Of a stretch of DNA of 32,000 nt, positions 7,451 through 15,953 are shown piece after piece. The translations under genes were made by a program, and so were the position numbers. The stretch comes from Horticoccus luteus (GTDB lineage: Bacteria; Verrucomicrobiota; Verrucomicrobiia; Opitutales; Opitutaceae): the NCBI RefSeq assembly GCF_019464535.1, contig NZ_CP080507.1, forward strand, positions 150,001 to 182,000, given 5' to 3'. Positions within the stretch are counted from its first letter, which is position 1; each line of letters opens with the position of its first letter. Below the pieces are notes generated by a model. It did no database searches, was not told the origin of the DNA, and worked only from the letters and a program-made list of their open reading frames with translations.

Positions 7451-9102
7451 AAACGCGCGTCCTTTTATTCCTGCTCATCGCTGGACTGAGTCGCCTCGGC
7501 GCGCAGGTCGGAACAAATTTTGACGAGGTGGCCGGCCGGAATCTCGCGGCCCAGCCCGGAGAGACGGCGATCATCCCGGCGTTGCGCGGCATTGTGCTTC
7601 TGCCGTCGGAGTCACCCGCGGAACTCGCAGCTCCCGCTGCGCCTGGCATCCATACCGACCGCGTGCCGTTGCTCGACCACGACCCGGTGCGGCAGGATTT
7701 GAAAATCTTCCTCGGGCGCCCCGTGTCGGTGCCGTCTCTCGGACGGATGGAGATGGCGATCCGCCTGCAACTCCAGCTGCTCGGCCGACCCTTCGCGCGT
7801 GTTTATACGCCGCCGCAGGACATTACCGCTGGCACCGTGCGCATCGTCGTCCAATTGGCGACGCTCGATGGCGACGTGCGGCTCAACGGCAACAAGTGGT
7901 TCGCCCGCGAGCGTTACACCGGCGGGCTGCACATCCGTCCCGGCGAGGCGCTGGACATGACGTCACTCAACGCCGACCTCGCCTGGCTGAACCGCAATCC
8001 GTTCCGACGCGTGACGCCCGTGATCGAAGCCGGCGCCCAACCCGGCACGACGCGCGTCACGCTGCAGGCCGAGGAGCAATTCCCGCTCTCGCTGACTGCG
8101 GGTTACGACAACACCGGCACGAAGGCGACCGACGAAAACCGCGTCTCGGCCGCCGTGCAATGGGGCAACGCCTTCGGGCGCGGCGACCTGCTCAACTACC
8201 GCTTCTCCGCCGATCCGGAGCTCGAGCACATGCGCAGTCATGCGCTAGGTTACACGGCGTTTCTTCCGTGGCGCCATCTGCTCACGTTGCAGGGTTCGTA
8301 TGCGACGATCGACTCCACGATGCCCGAGCCGTTCACACAGAGCGGCAAGTCCTGGCAGGTCGGCGCGCGCTATGAGATTCCGCTGCCCGCGCCGCACGCG
8401 AATTGGACGCAGGACCTGAGCTTCACCGCCGATTTCAAATACTCCGACAACACCCTCGAGTTCGCGGCGATTCCGATCACCGGCAATGTCACCCACATCG
8501 CGCAAGTCGGGGCGAACTATGGCGTGACGTTTCCCGCGTTCGGCGGGCAGAACGATGCGCGACTCGAAGTCGAGGCCAGCCCGGGCGGACTCACGGGCCG
8601 AAACACCGACTCCGCCTTCGCCGGCTCGCGGCCCGGCGCCAAGGCAGCCTATGCCTACGCCCGCCTCGGCCTGCGCCATCAGCACGCGCTGGGCCGCGGC
8701 TGGGGATTGAACCTTTCGGCCGACACGCAGTTTGCCACCGGCGCACTGCTCGGCACGGAACAGCTCAACGGCGGCGGCTCCTCCGCCGTGCGCGGTTACC
8801 GTGAAAGCAGTGCCTTCGGCGACTGGGGCGTCGTCGGCAGTGCGGAGCTGCACGCGCCCGGTTTCGCGCTGTTCAAAGGACGCGACCGCGTGGACCTGTT
8901 CGCCTTTATCGATGCCGCGTCGCTGCGCCTTTGCCACGACAACGAGAGCACCGACCTCGCGAGCGCCGGCCCCGGCGTGAACTACCAATTCGGCCGCCAC
9001 TTTAGCCTCCGCGCCGCCTACGGCTGGCAGCTTGAGGCCATCGATTCCTCGCGCGGGGTCTACTCCGGCTACGGCCACCTCAGTGCGAGCGTCGCGTGGT
9101 GA
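7447..9102 (+). CDS. TpsB transporter (ShlB/FhaC/HecB-family haemolysin activation/secretion outer-membrane protein), 551 aa
   Basis: The ATG overlaps the tpsA stop (ATGA at 7447-7450). The signal peptide is MKTRVLLFLLIAGLSRLGAQ, followed by a POTRA-like N-terminal region. The conserved Omp85/TpsB loop-6 motif VRGY occurs in GGGSSAVRGYRE (about 8788-8799), followed by an F-x-D-like FAFIDAAS. The C-terminus is aromatic (...SASVAW). Confidence 0.9.
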   Translation: MKTRVLLFLLIAGLSRLGAQVGTNFDEVAGRNLAAQPGETAIIPALRGIVLLPSESPAELAAPAAPGIHTDRVPLLDHDPVRQDLKIFLGRPVSVPSLGRMEMAIRLQLQLLGRPFARVYTPPQDITAGTVRIVVQLATLDGDVRLNGNKWFARERYTGGLHIRPGEALDMTSLNADLAWLNRNPFRRVTPVIEAGAQPGTTRVTLQAEEQFPLSLTAGYDNTGTKATDENRVSAAVQWGNAFGRGDLLNYRFSADPELEHMRSHALGYTAFLPWRHLLTLQGSYATIDSTMPEPFTQSGKSWQVGARYEIPLPAPHANWTQDLSFTADFKYSDNTLEFAAIPITGNVTHIAQVGANYGVTFPAFGGQNDARLEVEASPGGLTGRNTDSAFAGSRPGAKAAYAYARLGLRHQHALGRGWGLNLSADTQFATGALLGTEQLNGGGSSAVRGYRESSAFGDWGVVGSAELHAPGFALFKGRDRVDLFAFIDAASLRLCHDNESTDLASAGPGVNYQFGRHFSLRAAYGWQLEAIDSSRGVYSGYGHLSASVAW

Positions 9103-9160
9103 GTCCCTTCTGTAGCCTCTCGTATTCTACGGCCGGAATCTGCATCCGGCTCTTCGCTTG

Positions 9161-9277
9161 ATGAAGGTGGAGCGGCGGTTCCTCCGCGTCCTCTCGCTGT
9201 TCGCAGGCTTCGCACTGCTCGTGCAATCTGTGACCGCGTCAGGGGAAGTCTATCCCACGCCGACACCCTCCAATTGA
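9161..9277 (+). CDS. Candidate small ORF (38 aa) with a Sec-type signal-peptide-like N-terminus
   Basis: It is too short for the ORF track. Read by eye: ATG AAG GTG ... AAT TGA = MKVERRFLRVLSLFAGFALLVQSVTASGEVYPTPTPSN. Third-position G/C is about 75% by eye. No Shine-Dalgarno sequence was seen and no homology is known to me. Confidence 0.2.
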   Translation: MKVERRFLRVLSLFAGFALLVQSVTASGEVYPTPTPSN

Positions 9278-9408
9278 GTCACGAGGTCATCGTTTGATAA
9301 AGAGTGCGGCGGCTTTCTGATCGGCAGCACCACCGCCACGCTCCAGCAGACTTGTGCGGTATCCGCCTTGCTCTTCCGTTGGAGCTCGGCGGGGTCGACT
9401 GGTCGGGA

Positions 9409-9440
9409 GCGTGCGACGCTGTCGGGGCAGCGTCGCACGC
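9409..9440. terminator. Perfect 13-bp GC-rich stem-loop between convergent tpsB and the PEP-CTERM gene (candidate terminator or RNA-stability hairpin)
   Basis: The arms are GCGTGCGACGCTG (9409-9421) and CAGCGTCGCACGC (9428-9440), with loop TCGGGG. It begins 12 nt past the stop of the minus-strand gene. There is no clear U-tract on either strand. Confidence 0.4.
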
Positions 9441-9452
9441 GCCAAGAGTCTT

Positions 9453-12170
9453 TTAGAGCGCCGCGGTGACCTTCACTTTGACGCGACGGCGCACGAAGGC
9501 GCCGAGGAGCGCCAGGCCGCCGAAAATCGCGGCGTAGGTGGCGGGCTCGGGGATGGCACTGGCGGTGGCGGTGAGCTGGAGATAATTACCCACCATGGTG
9601 AGCTGATAATCGTAGCCCGCGATTTTGTCGCCGACGGTGAAGTCGCTGGTGTCGAAACTGCTCAACGTCGCACCGGTATAGTCGAAAAGTGTATAGGTGC
9701 CCGCCGCGAAGCCACCGGCGTCGGAGAGGTTGAGCGTGATCCCGCCGGCGCTGGCGGAGCCGGCCAGCGAGCCACCGCTGACGACGATCAGATCGCTCGT
9801 GGAGCCGAGTTGGAAATCAAGGATCGCGCCGTCGTTTAACGTGAGGCCGCTCGTGAAGGTGAGTGTGCCGGGAGAATTGCCGGGCGCGAGGTGGGCGCCT
9901 GACTCCGCCGTGACGAGGCCGGAGAACGTGCCGTTGCCGCCGAGGGTCACGCCATCGCCGAGCGTGAGGTCGGCGCTGTAGGTGCCGTTGTTGTCGAAGT
10001 GCGCGCCCGCCTGGAGGGTGACCGCTTCCGAGAGCGAGCCGGCGGGATCGAGGACGAGCTTGCCGCCAGCGTTGACGGTCACGGTTGACGCAAACGCATT
10101 CTGGATGGTCAGTTGTCCGGCGGAGACGGTGGTGGGGCCAGTGTAGCCGCTGTTGTCGCCGGTGAGGACGGTCGAGCCGGCACCGATCTGGTTGAGCGCG
10201 CCGTCGCCTTCCATCGGAGCCGCCAGAGTAAAGGTGCCGCTGCTATGGCGAAGATTGATGGTGCCGGAGTTGTAGATTTCGGCCGGGCCATTCTCTTCGG
10301 GATCGTAGCTGGCGAGGGTGAGGGTGGGAGCAGTCGTGGCGGAGGTGCCGTCGTAGCCGATATTGAGCGTGCCGGTGGGCGAGATGATAATGTCAGCGGA
10401 GACGTTGCCTTCGATGCCTTGACCGGCGAGCGTGCCGTCGCCGAGGTTGACGGTGCCATTGCCGGTCGCGTCATTGTCCTCATTGCCGCCAATATACATC
10501 TGCTGGGTGAAGTTGAGGCTGGCACCCGAAGCGATGTTGACGGTGGCGGTGCCGGCGGGGCCACCCAAGGATAAACCACCGAAGCCCGAATGTTCCGGAA
10601 CATCCGCTCCGCCGACGGTCAGTCCGACCGTGGCGGTGAGGGAGGCGCCTGTGGAAAGAGAAAGGGTGCCATTGCCGCCCGTGAACGACTCGGAGGTTGA
10701 ACCGGCGCCACTTCCGCCGATGTATAAATCGCCCCGCACGACGGCGGTGGCATGGTCGGAGACACTCAGGGTGCCGTCCGCCCCATTGTGGGCGCCTTCG
10801 TCACCGGAGGCGTCGGAACCGATCCTGAGGCTGCCGCCGCCTTCGCCGTCGTCGACATTCAGAGCGGAGCCAGCGCCGCTGACTGTGATGACGCCTGCGC
10901 CGCCGCTGGCATACAGACCGAGATAGGTGGCACCGACATTCAGGGTGGCGCCGTTGGTGATATTGATCGTGCCGCTGCCGCTATTGGGCCCCTCGCCGCC
11001 GAGATAAAGCTCCGTATAGGGATTATCATTTCTTTGGTTGAGATTAAGCGTGGTGCCGGTGCCGACGAGGTTCAGGGTGGCGTTGCCGCCGTGATGGATG
11101 GTGTCACTGCTGCCGCCGAGAATAATTCTGGCATCGTCGAATGTGAGGGTCGCATCCTGGACGTTGATCGTGGCGTCACCCCCGTCACCGTTGAGAGGAG
11201 TGTCGATAGTCCCGCCACTCCCGCCGATCACCATGTTATAGGTCTCCGTGAGATTAAGGGTCGAACCCGGCGCGAGATTGATCGTGGCGGCACTGCCATT
11301 GCCGGAAAGCGTATCGGAGGCATTCCCGCCGAATTGAGCGAAGGCGATGGTCGTCGTGGCGCCTGTGCCGATGTTGAGGACGGCGGTGCCGCCGGCGTTC
11401 AAACCACCGACTGCAAGGTAAGAGGTGCTGAGGTCCACCGTCGCGTCGGCGAGGATGTTCATGGTGCTCGTGGCGGCGGTGGTGTCGTTGCCACCGAGGG
11501 CAGTGTAACCGTTGTATGCGGCGAGTGTCGTGCCGTTGGCGAGATTGACGACCGTATCAGCACCGTTGGTCGCGCTGAACACGCTGTAGCCAGCGTTGAT
11601 CGAGCTGCCCAAATCGAGATTGAGGGTGCCGCCGCGGAAGTAAAACACACCGGCGTTGATCGCGTGGTCGGCGGCGAGCGTGAAGCTGGTGCCGGTCGCG
11701 TTGATGTCGACCGCGCCATCCCGGGCGCCGCCGCTCCCGTCGCCCGTGTAGGTGATGTCGTTGGAGAAGGTGACGGCGTTGGAGCGGAGAAAATTCACCG
11801 CGGTGCCGCCAGCGAGAGTGATGCCGCCCGCGACGGAGCCGGCGGGCGTGGCGGTCGGAGTAGAGCCGAGGGTGAGCTCACCTTCATCGACGAACGTCTC
11901 GCCGGAGTAGGTGTTATCGGCGGTCAAAAAGAGGGTGGCGGCGCCGTTTTTGTGGACGGGGCCGGTGCCGCTGAGAACGCCGCTCTGGGTGGCGGATTGT
12001 GCGGCGGAACCGGAGACGTCGAGCGTTGTGGAGCCCGTGAGGACATCGGCCGTGGAACGGTCGTCGTCCGGGTTGTAGGTGATCGTCTGGGCGCGGAGCG
12101 CGGGCAGAAGACAGAGCGCGGAGAACAGCGGTAGCAGGGTGGCAAGACGGACAAACGGTGGGCGAAGCAT
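9453..12170 (-). CDS. Autotransporter-associated beta-strand-repeat surface protein with C-terminal PEP-CTERM sorting signal, 905 aa
   Basis: The signal peptide is MLRPPFVRLATLLPLFSALCLLPALRAQ. Beta-strand-repeat signatures include TLFLTADNTYSGETFVDEGELTLG and GAGSTVLTGDNSGYTGPTTVSAGQLTIQN. The body is long and Gly/Thr/Asn/Ala-rich, like a beta-helix. The C-terminus AIPEPATYAAIFGGLALLGAFVRRRV has a PEP motif, a TM helix and an Arg cluster. Confidence 0.85.
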   Translation of the reverse strand: MLRPPFVRLATLLPLFSALCLLPALRAQTITYNPDDDRSTADVLTGSTTLDVSGSAAQSATQSGVLSGTGPVHKNGAATLFLTADNTYSGETFVDEGELTLGSTPTATPAGSVAGGITLAGGTAVNFLRSNAVTFSNDITYTGDGSGGARDGAVDINATGTSFTLAADHAINAGVFYFRGGTLNLDLGSSINAGYSVFSATNGADTVVNLANGTTLAAYNGYTALGGNDTTAATSTMNILADATVDLSTSYLAVGGLNAGGTAVLNIGTGATTTIAFAQFGGNASDTLSGNGSAATINLAPGSTLNLTETYNMVIGGSGGTIDTPLNGDGGDATINVQDATLTFDDARIILGGSSDTIHHGGNATLNLVGTGTTLNLNQRNDNPYTELYLGGEGPNSGSGTINITNGATLNVGATYLGLYASGGAGVITVSGAGSALNVDDGEGGGSLRIGSDASGDEGAHNGADGTLSVSDHATAVVRGDLYIGGSGAGSTSESFTGGNGTLSLSTGASLTATVGLTVGGADVPEHSGFGGLSLGGPAGTATVNIASGASLNFTQQMYIGGNEDNDATGNGTVNLGDGTLAGQGIEGNVSADIIISPTGTLNIGYDGTSATTAPTLTLASYDPEENGPAEIYNSGTINLRHSSGTFTLAAPMEGDGALNQIGAGSTVLTGDNSGYTGPTTVSAGQLTIQNAFASTVTVNAGGKLVLDPAGSLSEAVTLQAGAHFDNNGTYSADLTLGDGVTLGGNGTFSGLVTAESGAHLAPGNSPGTLTFTSGLTLNDGAILDFQLGSTSDLIVVSGGSLAGSASAGGITLNLSDAGGFAAGTYTLFDYTGATLSSFDTSDFTVGDKIAGYDYQLTMVGNYLQLTATASAIPEPATYAAIFGGLALLGAFVRRRVKVKVTAAL

Positions 12171-12218
12171 GAACAGGAGGGGGGTTATAGTTTCCGCCGG
12201 TTGGGCGGCGCTGCCCGC

Positions 12219-12247
12219 ACTATATCGAAGCGCGGAGGAGCCGACAA
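12219..12247 (-). promoter_or_regulatory. Sigma-70-like promoter candidate for the PEP-CTERM gene
   Basis: On the minus strand this reads TTGTCG (12247-12242), a 17-nt spacer, then TATAGT (12224-12219). The -10 box ends about 48 nt upstream of ATG 12170. It matches TTGACA/TATAAT at 4/6 and 5/6. Promoter rules in this phylum are not well known to me. Confidence 0.3.
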
Positions 12248-12265
12248 CCTCCCTAATCAGGGAGG
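12248..12265 (-). terminator. Short hairpin downstream of the LuxR gene (weak terminator candidate)
   Basis: The forward strand reads CCTCCCT-AATC-AGGGAGG, a 7-bp stem with a 4-nt loop. It lies about 90 nt after the LuxR stop and directly abuts the -35-like box. On the minus strand only TTGT follows it. Confidence 0.25.
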
Positions 12266-12353
12266 GGAAGGCGGCCGGGTGGGGGGCTAAAAGCGAAGCG
12301 TCGGCGGGGCTCAGTCGGTCTCTACAGCAAGGCCGCGGGCGCCGCGAAAGGCG

Positions 12354-13010
12354 CTATAGGCTGCGCGGTTTGTTATCCGGCGGCTGGCCCAGCCAGAGAG
12401 CGGCGAGGCCGGCGCGGCCTTTGACGCCGAGTTTGTCGAGCACGTCGCGGATGTAGGTGTGCGCCGTGGTCGCCGTGACGCCGAGGGCGGCGGCGATGTC
12501 CTTCTCGCTTTTGTCGGTGAGCAGGTGGGCGACGGCTTTGCGCTCGACGGGGCTAAAGGGCTTGGCGGCGACGCCGACGCCGTGCGCGAGGAGGATGTGG
12601 CGATGAAACACGGGCAGTCCGCGCAACGCATACGCAGCGATCTGCCGCTGCGTTTCCGTGAAAGGATCGAGCGGGCGCATCCGCAGGAAGCCGTAATAGG
12701 ACTCCGTCATGGCGTTGACCGGCAGGGCGACGGTGAGGGAGTCGTGGATGCCGCGGTCGAGGTAGTTTTGATAGTAGGCGGACTCGAACCACGCCGGTGA
12801 GACGATGTCGCGCAGGCGGTGGGCGCGGAAGGTGCCGGCGAGACGGGCTTGGGCCGTGACGGATTCGTCGGTCTGGCCGCGGTTGATCGCGCGGAGGCGT
12901 TGCGCGGTGAAATTTTGGTTTTGCGGGAGGGGGCGCAGGTAGCTGAGCGCCATGGGGCGCCAGCCTCCGAGTGGATCGGCGGATGCGCCGGGGAGGCGCA
13001 CCACGCCCAT
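12354..13010 (-). CDS. LuxR/FixJ-type HTH transcriptional regulator; coding signal continues upstream to ATG 13172 across an in-frame TAG (see findings)
   Basis: The C-terminal GerE/LuxR HTH reads FSPVERKAVAHLLTDKSEKDIAAALGVTATTAHTYIRDVLDKLGVKGRAGLAALWL. The first canonical start after the TAG is ATG 13010. The 40 codons upstream (13011-13130) are in frame, GC3-rich and protein-like. Confidence 0.8.
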   Translation of the reverse strand: MGVVRLPGASADPLGGWRPMALSYLRPLPQNQNFTAQRLRAINRGQTDESVTAQARLAGTFRAHRLRDIVSPAWFESAYYQNYLDRGIHDSLTVALPVNAMTESYYGFLRMRPLDPFTETQRQIAAYALRGLPVFHRHILLAHGVGVAAKPFSPVERKAVAHLLTDKSEKDIAAALGVTATTAHTYIRDVLDKLGVKGRAGLAALWLGQPPDNKPRSL

Positions 13011-13378
13011 CCAGTAGGCGTTTTGCGCGTCGATCAGCGTGGCGATGGCGTCGAGGAGGTGCCGGGGGGCTTCGTCGACTTGGGCGGCGGGAAAAGTGGC
13101 GAGTTTATCCCAGAGTTGATGAATGGCTTCCTATTGAGCGGAGGAAGGAAAGAGGGAGTCCGGGGGAGACATGCCGAAGAGGTGTGCGGGCAGCGGGGCC
13201 ATGGTGGAGGGCCGGCGGGGGGCGCGACAAGCCGAAGCAGCGGCTGGTGGGCGGCGAAGTTGAGCACCAGCCAGATGTGGCGGCGGATGGGCAACAAGAC
13301 GCGGCGGGCGGAGGGACTCTGCGCGCGCGGAAAGGACGGACGGAGTCTTTTTCTGCGATCCGCGGGACGGCGCGCCCG

Positions 13379-14890
13379 TCAGGCGGCGCGGGCGACGCCG
13401 GTCATCAGGCGGAGGACGGAGTCTTGCGTGGCTGCGGCGCGGGTCAGCTCGCCGACGAGCCGGCCGTCGCGCATGACCAGCACGCGGCTCGACAGGTTGA
13501 TGACTTCCGGCAGCTCCGAGGAGATCAGCATCACGGCGAGACCCTCGCGGGCCAGTTCGTCGATGAGTTCGTGAATGGCGGCTTTGGCGCCGACGTCGAC
13601 GCCGCGGGTGGGTTCATCGACGATCAGCAAGCGGCCGCCGCGGGCCAGCCATTTGGCGATGACGATTTTCTGCTGGTTGCCGCCGGAGAGGGAATTGACG
13701 GGAGCGTCGAGCGAGGCGGCTTTGATGTGCAACCGGCTGAAGTAATCGGTGGCCACGGCTTTTTCGCGGGCGCGATCCAGCAGGCCGCCGAGGCGGCGCA
13801 ATCGATCGAGAATGGCCAGGCTGATATTGGCGCGGCAGGGCAGGGCGAGGACGCAGCCCTGACGCTTGCGATCTTCGGGCACGAGGCCGAGGCCGGCGGC
13901 GAGGGACGCGGTCACGGAGCCGAGGGGGAGCGGCTGGCCGTCGAGCGTGAGGCGGCCGGTGGCGCGGCGGTCCAAGCCGAAAATAGCCTGGGCGATTTCG
14001 CTGCGGCCGGAACCGACGAGGCCGGCGAAACCGACGATTTCGCCGGCGCGCACGTCGAAGGAGACGTTTTGGAATTTGCCGGGCGAGGCGAGGTCGCGGA
14101 CGGAGAGAACGAGGGGGCCGGCGGGGGCGTTGACGTGAGCAGGAAAGTAGTCGGTGAGGCGGCGGCCGATCATCAACTGGACGACGGCGTCGTGGGTCAT
14201 TTCAGCTTGGGCGAGGGTGCCGACGTAACGGCCGTCGCGCAGGACGCTCAGGCGATCGCAGAGGCGGAAAAGCTCGGGCATGCGGTGCGACACGTAGATG
14301 ATCGTGAGGCCGCGTTTCTTGAGGTCTTCGATGAGGACGAAGAGTGATTCGGCGTCGGTCGCGGAGAGGGAGCTGGTGGGTTCGTCGAAAACGAGGATGC
14401 GCGGGTGGGTGCCGATGGCGGCGGCGATTTGCACGAGTTGCTCCTGCGCGGTGGAGAGTTCGCGCATGGGGCGGGAGACGTCGAGGTGGACGCCGATGGC
14501 GGCGAGCAGTTTTTCGGCGCGCTGGTGCATCGCCGCGTGGTCGAGGAGCAGGCCGGCGGCGCGACGCGGGTAGCGGCCGAGAGAGAGGTTTTCGGCGACG
14601 CTGAGGTCGGGGCAAAAGGCGAGTTCCTGGTGCACCATCGCGACGCCGGCCTGGAGGGCGTGGCGCGGCGAGTGGAAGCGGTGCGAGTGGCCGTCGATGA
14701 GGACCTCGCCGGAGTCGGGTGGATGGATGCCGGCGAGGATTTTGCCGAGGGTGGATTTGCCGGCGCCGTTTTCGCCCATCAAGCCGTGGCATTCGCCGCG
14801 GTTAAGCGCCAGAGAAACGTCGGCGAGCGCGGTGACGCCGCCAAAGGTCTTGGTGACGGCGCGGAATTGGACGAAGGCGGCGGAGGCCAT
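13379..14890 (-). CDS. Sugar ABC transporter ATP-binding protein, fused double NBD (CUT2 family, RbsA/MglA/XylG-like), 503 aa
   Basis: NBD1 has Walker A GENGAGKST, signature-like LSTAQEQ and Walker B ILVFDEPT. NBD2 has GLVGSGRSE, signature LSGGNQQK and Walker B LLIVDEPTRGVD. Confidence 0.92.
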   Translation of the reverse strand: MASAAFVQFRAVTKTFGGVTALADVSLALNRGECHGLMGENGAGKSTLGKILAGIHPPDSGEVLIDGHSHRFHSPRHALQAGVAMVHQELAFCPDLSVAENLSLGRYPRRAAGLLLDHAAMHQRAEKLLAAIGVHLDVSRPMRELSTAQEQLVQIAAAIGTHPRILVFDEPTSSLSATDAESLFVLIEDLKKRGLTIIYVSHRMPELFRLCDRLSVLRDGRYVGTLAQAEMTHDAVVQLMIGRRLTDYFPAHVNAPAGPLVLSVRDLASPGKFQNVSFDVRAGEIVGFAGLVGSGRSEIAQAIFGLDRRATGRLTLDGQPLPLGSVTASLAAGLGLVPEDRKRQGCVLALPCRANISLAILDRLRRLGGLLDRAREKAVATDYFSRLHIKAASLDAPVNSLSGGNQQKIVIAKWLARGGRLLIVDEPTRGVDVGAKAAIHELIDELAREGLAVMLISSELPEVINLSSRVLVMRDGRLVGELTRAAATQDSVLRLMTGVARAA

Positions 14891-14923
14891 GAGGCGGCGC
14901 GGCGGCGGTCAGCGAGCGGCGGA

Positions 14924-15934
14924 TTACCGGGCGAGCCACTTGCTCCAGTTTTTCGCGTAGGAATCGACGTTGGCCTTGGTGACTTCGGTGAGGGGATCGA
15001 TCACGCGCGCGGGGTCGGGGGATTTGTCGTGCATGATTTTCTCGAGGAGGATTTCGACGGATTTGTGGCCCCAGCCGTAGCAATCCTGGGCGAAGAGCGT
15101 GCCGACGTGGCCGTCGCGGATGTAGTTGAGTTGAGCGGGCAGGGCATCGCAGGAGACGACCTTGATGGAGCCGGCGGGCCACTTGAGGGCATCGGCGGTG
15201 AAGAGCGGCCAGCCGCCGACGAAGGCCCAGCCCTTGATGCCGGGGTTGGCGTTCTGCGCGTTGGCGACGGCTTCGGCGGCTTTCTCGGGTGTCTCAACGT
15301 GGTAAAACACGCCGGGGTCGTTGAGCTTCATGTCGGGATATTTGGCGAGGGTCTCCTTGGCGCCTTGCACCCGCTTTTGCAGATTCGGGGCGCTCTGGTT
15401 GCCGGCGAGGATCGCGACGCTGCCGTGGTGGCCCATCTCCTCGGCGAGGCGTTGCATGATGATGGCGCCGCAATAGGCATCGTCGGTGCCGTAGTAGGCG
15501 AAGCGTTTGCTTTGCGGGGCGTCGGAATCGAAGCACATCACGGGGATGCCTTTGGCGACGGCTTTGTCGATGGACGGCGTGACGGTGTTGGCTTCGGAAC
15601 AGGAGAGAGCGATGCCGTCGGCGCCACGGCGGGCGAGGGCTTCGATGGCCTCGGCTTGCTTGGTGGCATCTTCGTCGTTGGGCGTGCGGATTTCGATTTC
15701 GACGTGCACACCGTATTTCGGGCCGAGCTCGCGGGCGGCATCGCGGGCGCCGGCGTGGGCGGCCTGGAAGACGTCGTTGGTCTGGCTTTTGCCGATGATG
15801 CCGATGAGCACGGTGCGTTGAGCGGGCGCGGCGGCGGCGGCGGTGGTGGCGGACTTTTTGGAGCAGGCGCTGAGCGCGAGCAGGGCGGCGGCGGCGAGGC
15901 CGGCGGGGCGGAGGAGTCGGAGGGAACGTTTCAT
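14924..15934 (-). CDS. Sugar ABC transporter substrate-binding lipoprotein (periplasmic-binding-protein type I, RbsB-like), 336 aa
   Basis: The signal peptide carries a lipobox (AAAALLALSAC-SKK), followed by an Ala-rich linker. The PBP fold is suggested by VLIGIIGKSQTNDVFQAAHAGARDAARELG...GADGIALSCSEAN. It sits between the permease and the ATPase. Confidence 0.9.
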   Translation of the reverse strand: MKRSLRLLRPAGLAAAALLALSACSKKSATTAAAAAPAQRTVLIGIIGKSQTNDVFQAAHAGARDAARELGPKYGVHVEIEIRTPNDEDATKQAEAIEALARRGADGIALSCSEANTVTPSIDKAVAKGIPVMCFDSDAPQSKRFAYYGTDDAYCGAIIMQRLAEEMGHHGSVAILAGNQSAPNLQKRVQGAKETLAKYPDMKLNDPGVFYHVETPEKAAEAVANAQNANPGIKGWAFVGGWPLFTADALKWPAGSIKVVSCDALPAQLNYIRDGHVGTLFAQDCYGWGHKSVEILLEKIMHDKSPDPARVIDPLTEVTKANVDSYAKNWSKWLAR

Positions 15935-15953
15935 GAGGATTAAAAGAAAAGGA

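Noticed and set aside
13034-13297. 87-aa minus-strand ORF between the ABC ATPase and the LuxR gene.
   Set aside because: It is Pro-rich low complexity and out of frame with the better-supported LuxR 5' extension that occupies the same DNA. No motifs were seen.
13314-13350. GACTC...GAGTC stem followed by TTTTT, considered as a terminator for the ABC operon.
   Set aside because: The T-tract is on the plus strand, whereas the operon ending here is on the minus strand. The stem is only 5 bp with a 23-nt loop.
15828-15850. (GGC)n-like simple repeat.
   Set aside because: It lies inside the binding-lipoprotein gene and encodes the Ala/Thr-rich linker (TTAAAAAPA) after the lipobox. This is ordinary low-complexity coding sequence, not a standalone repeat element.
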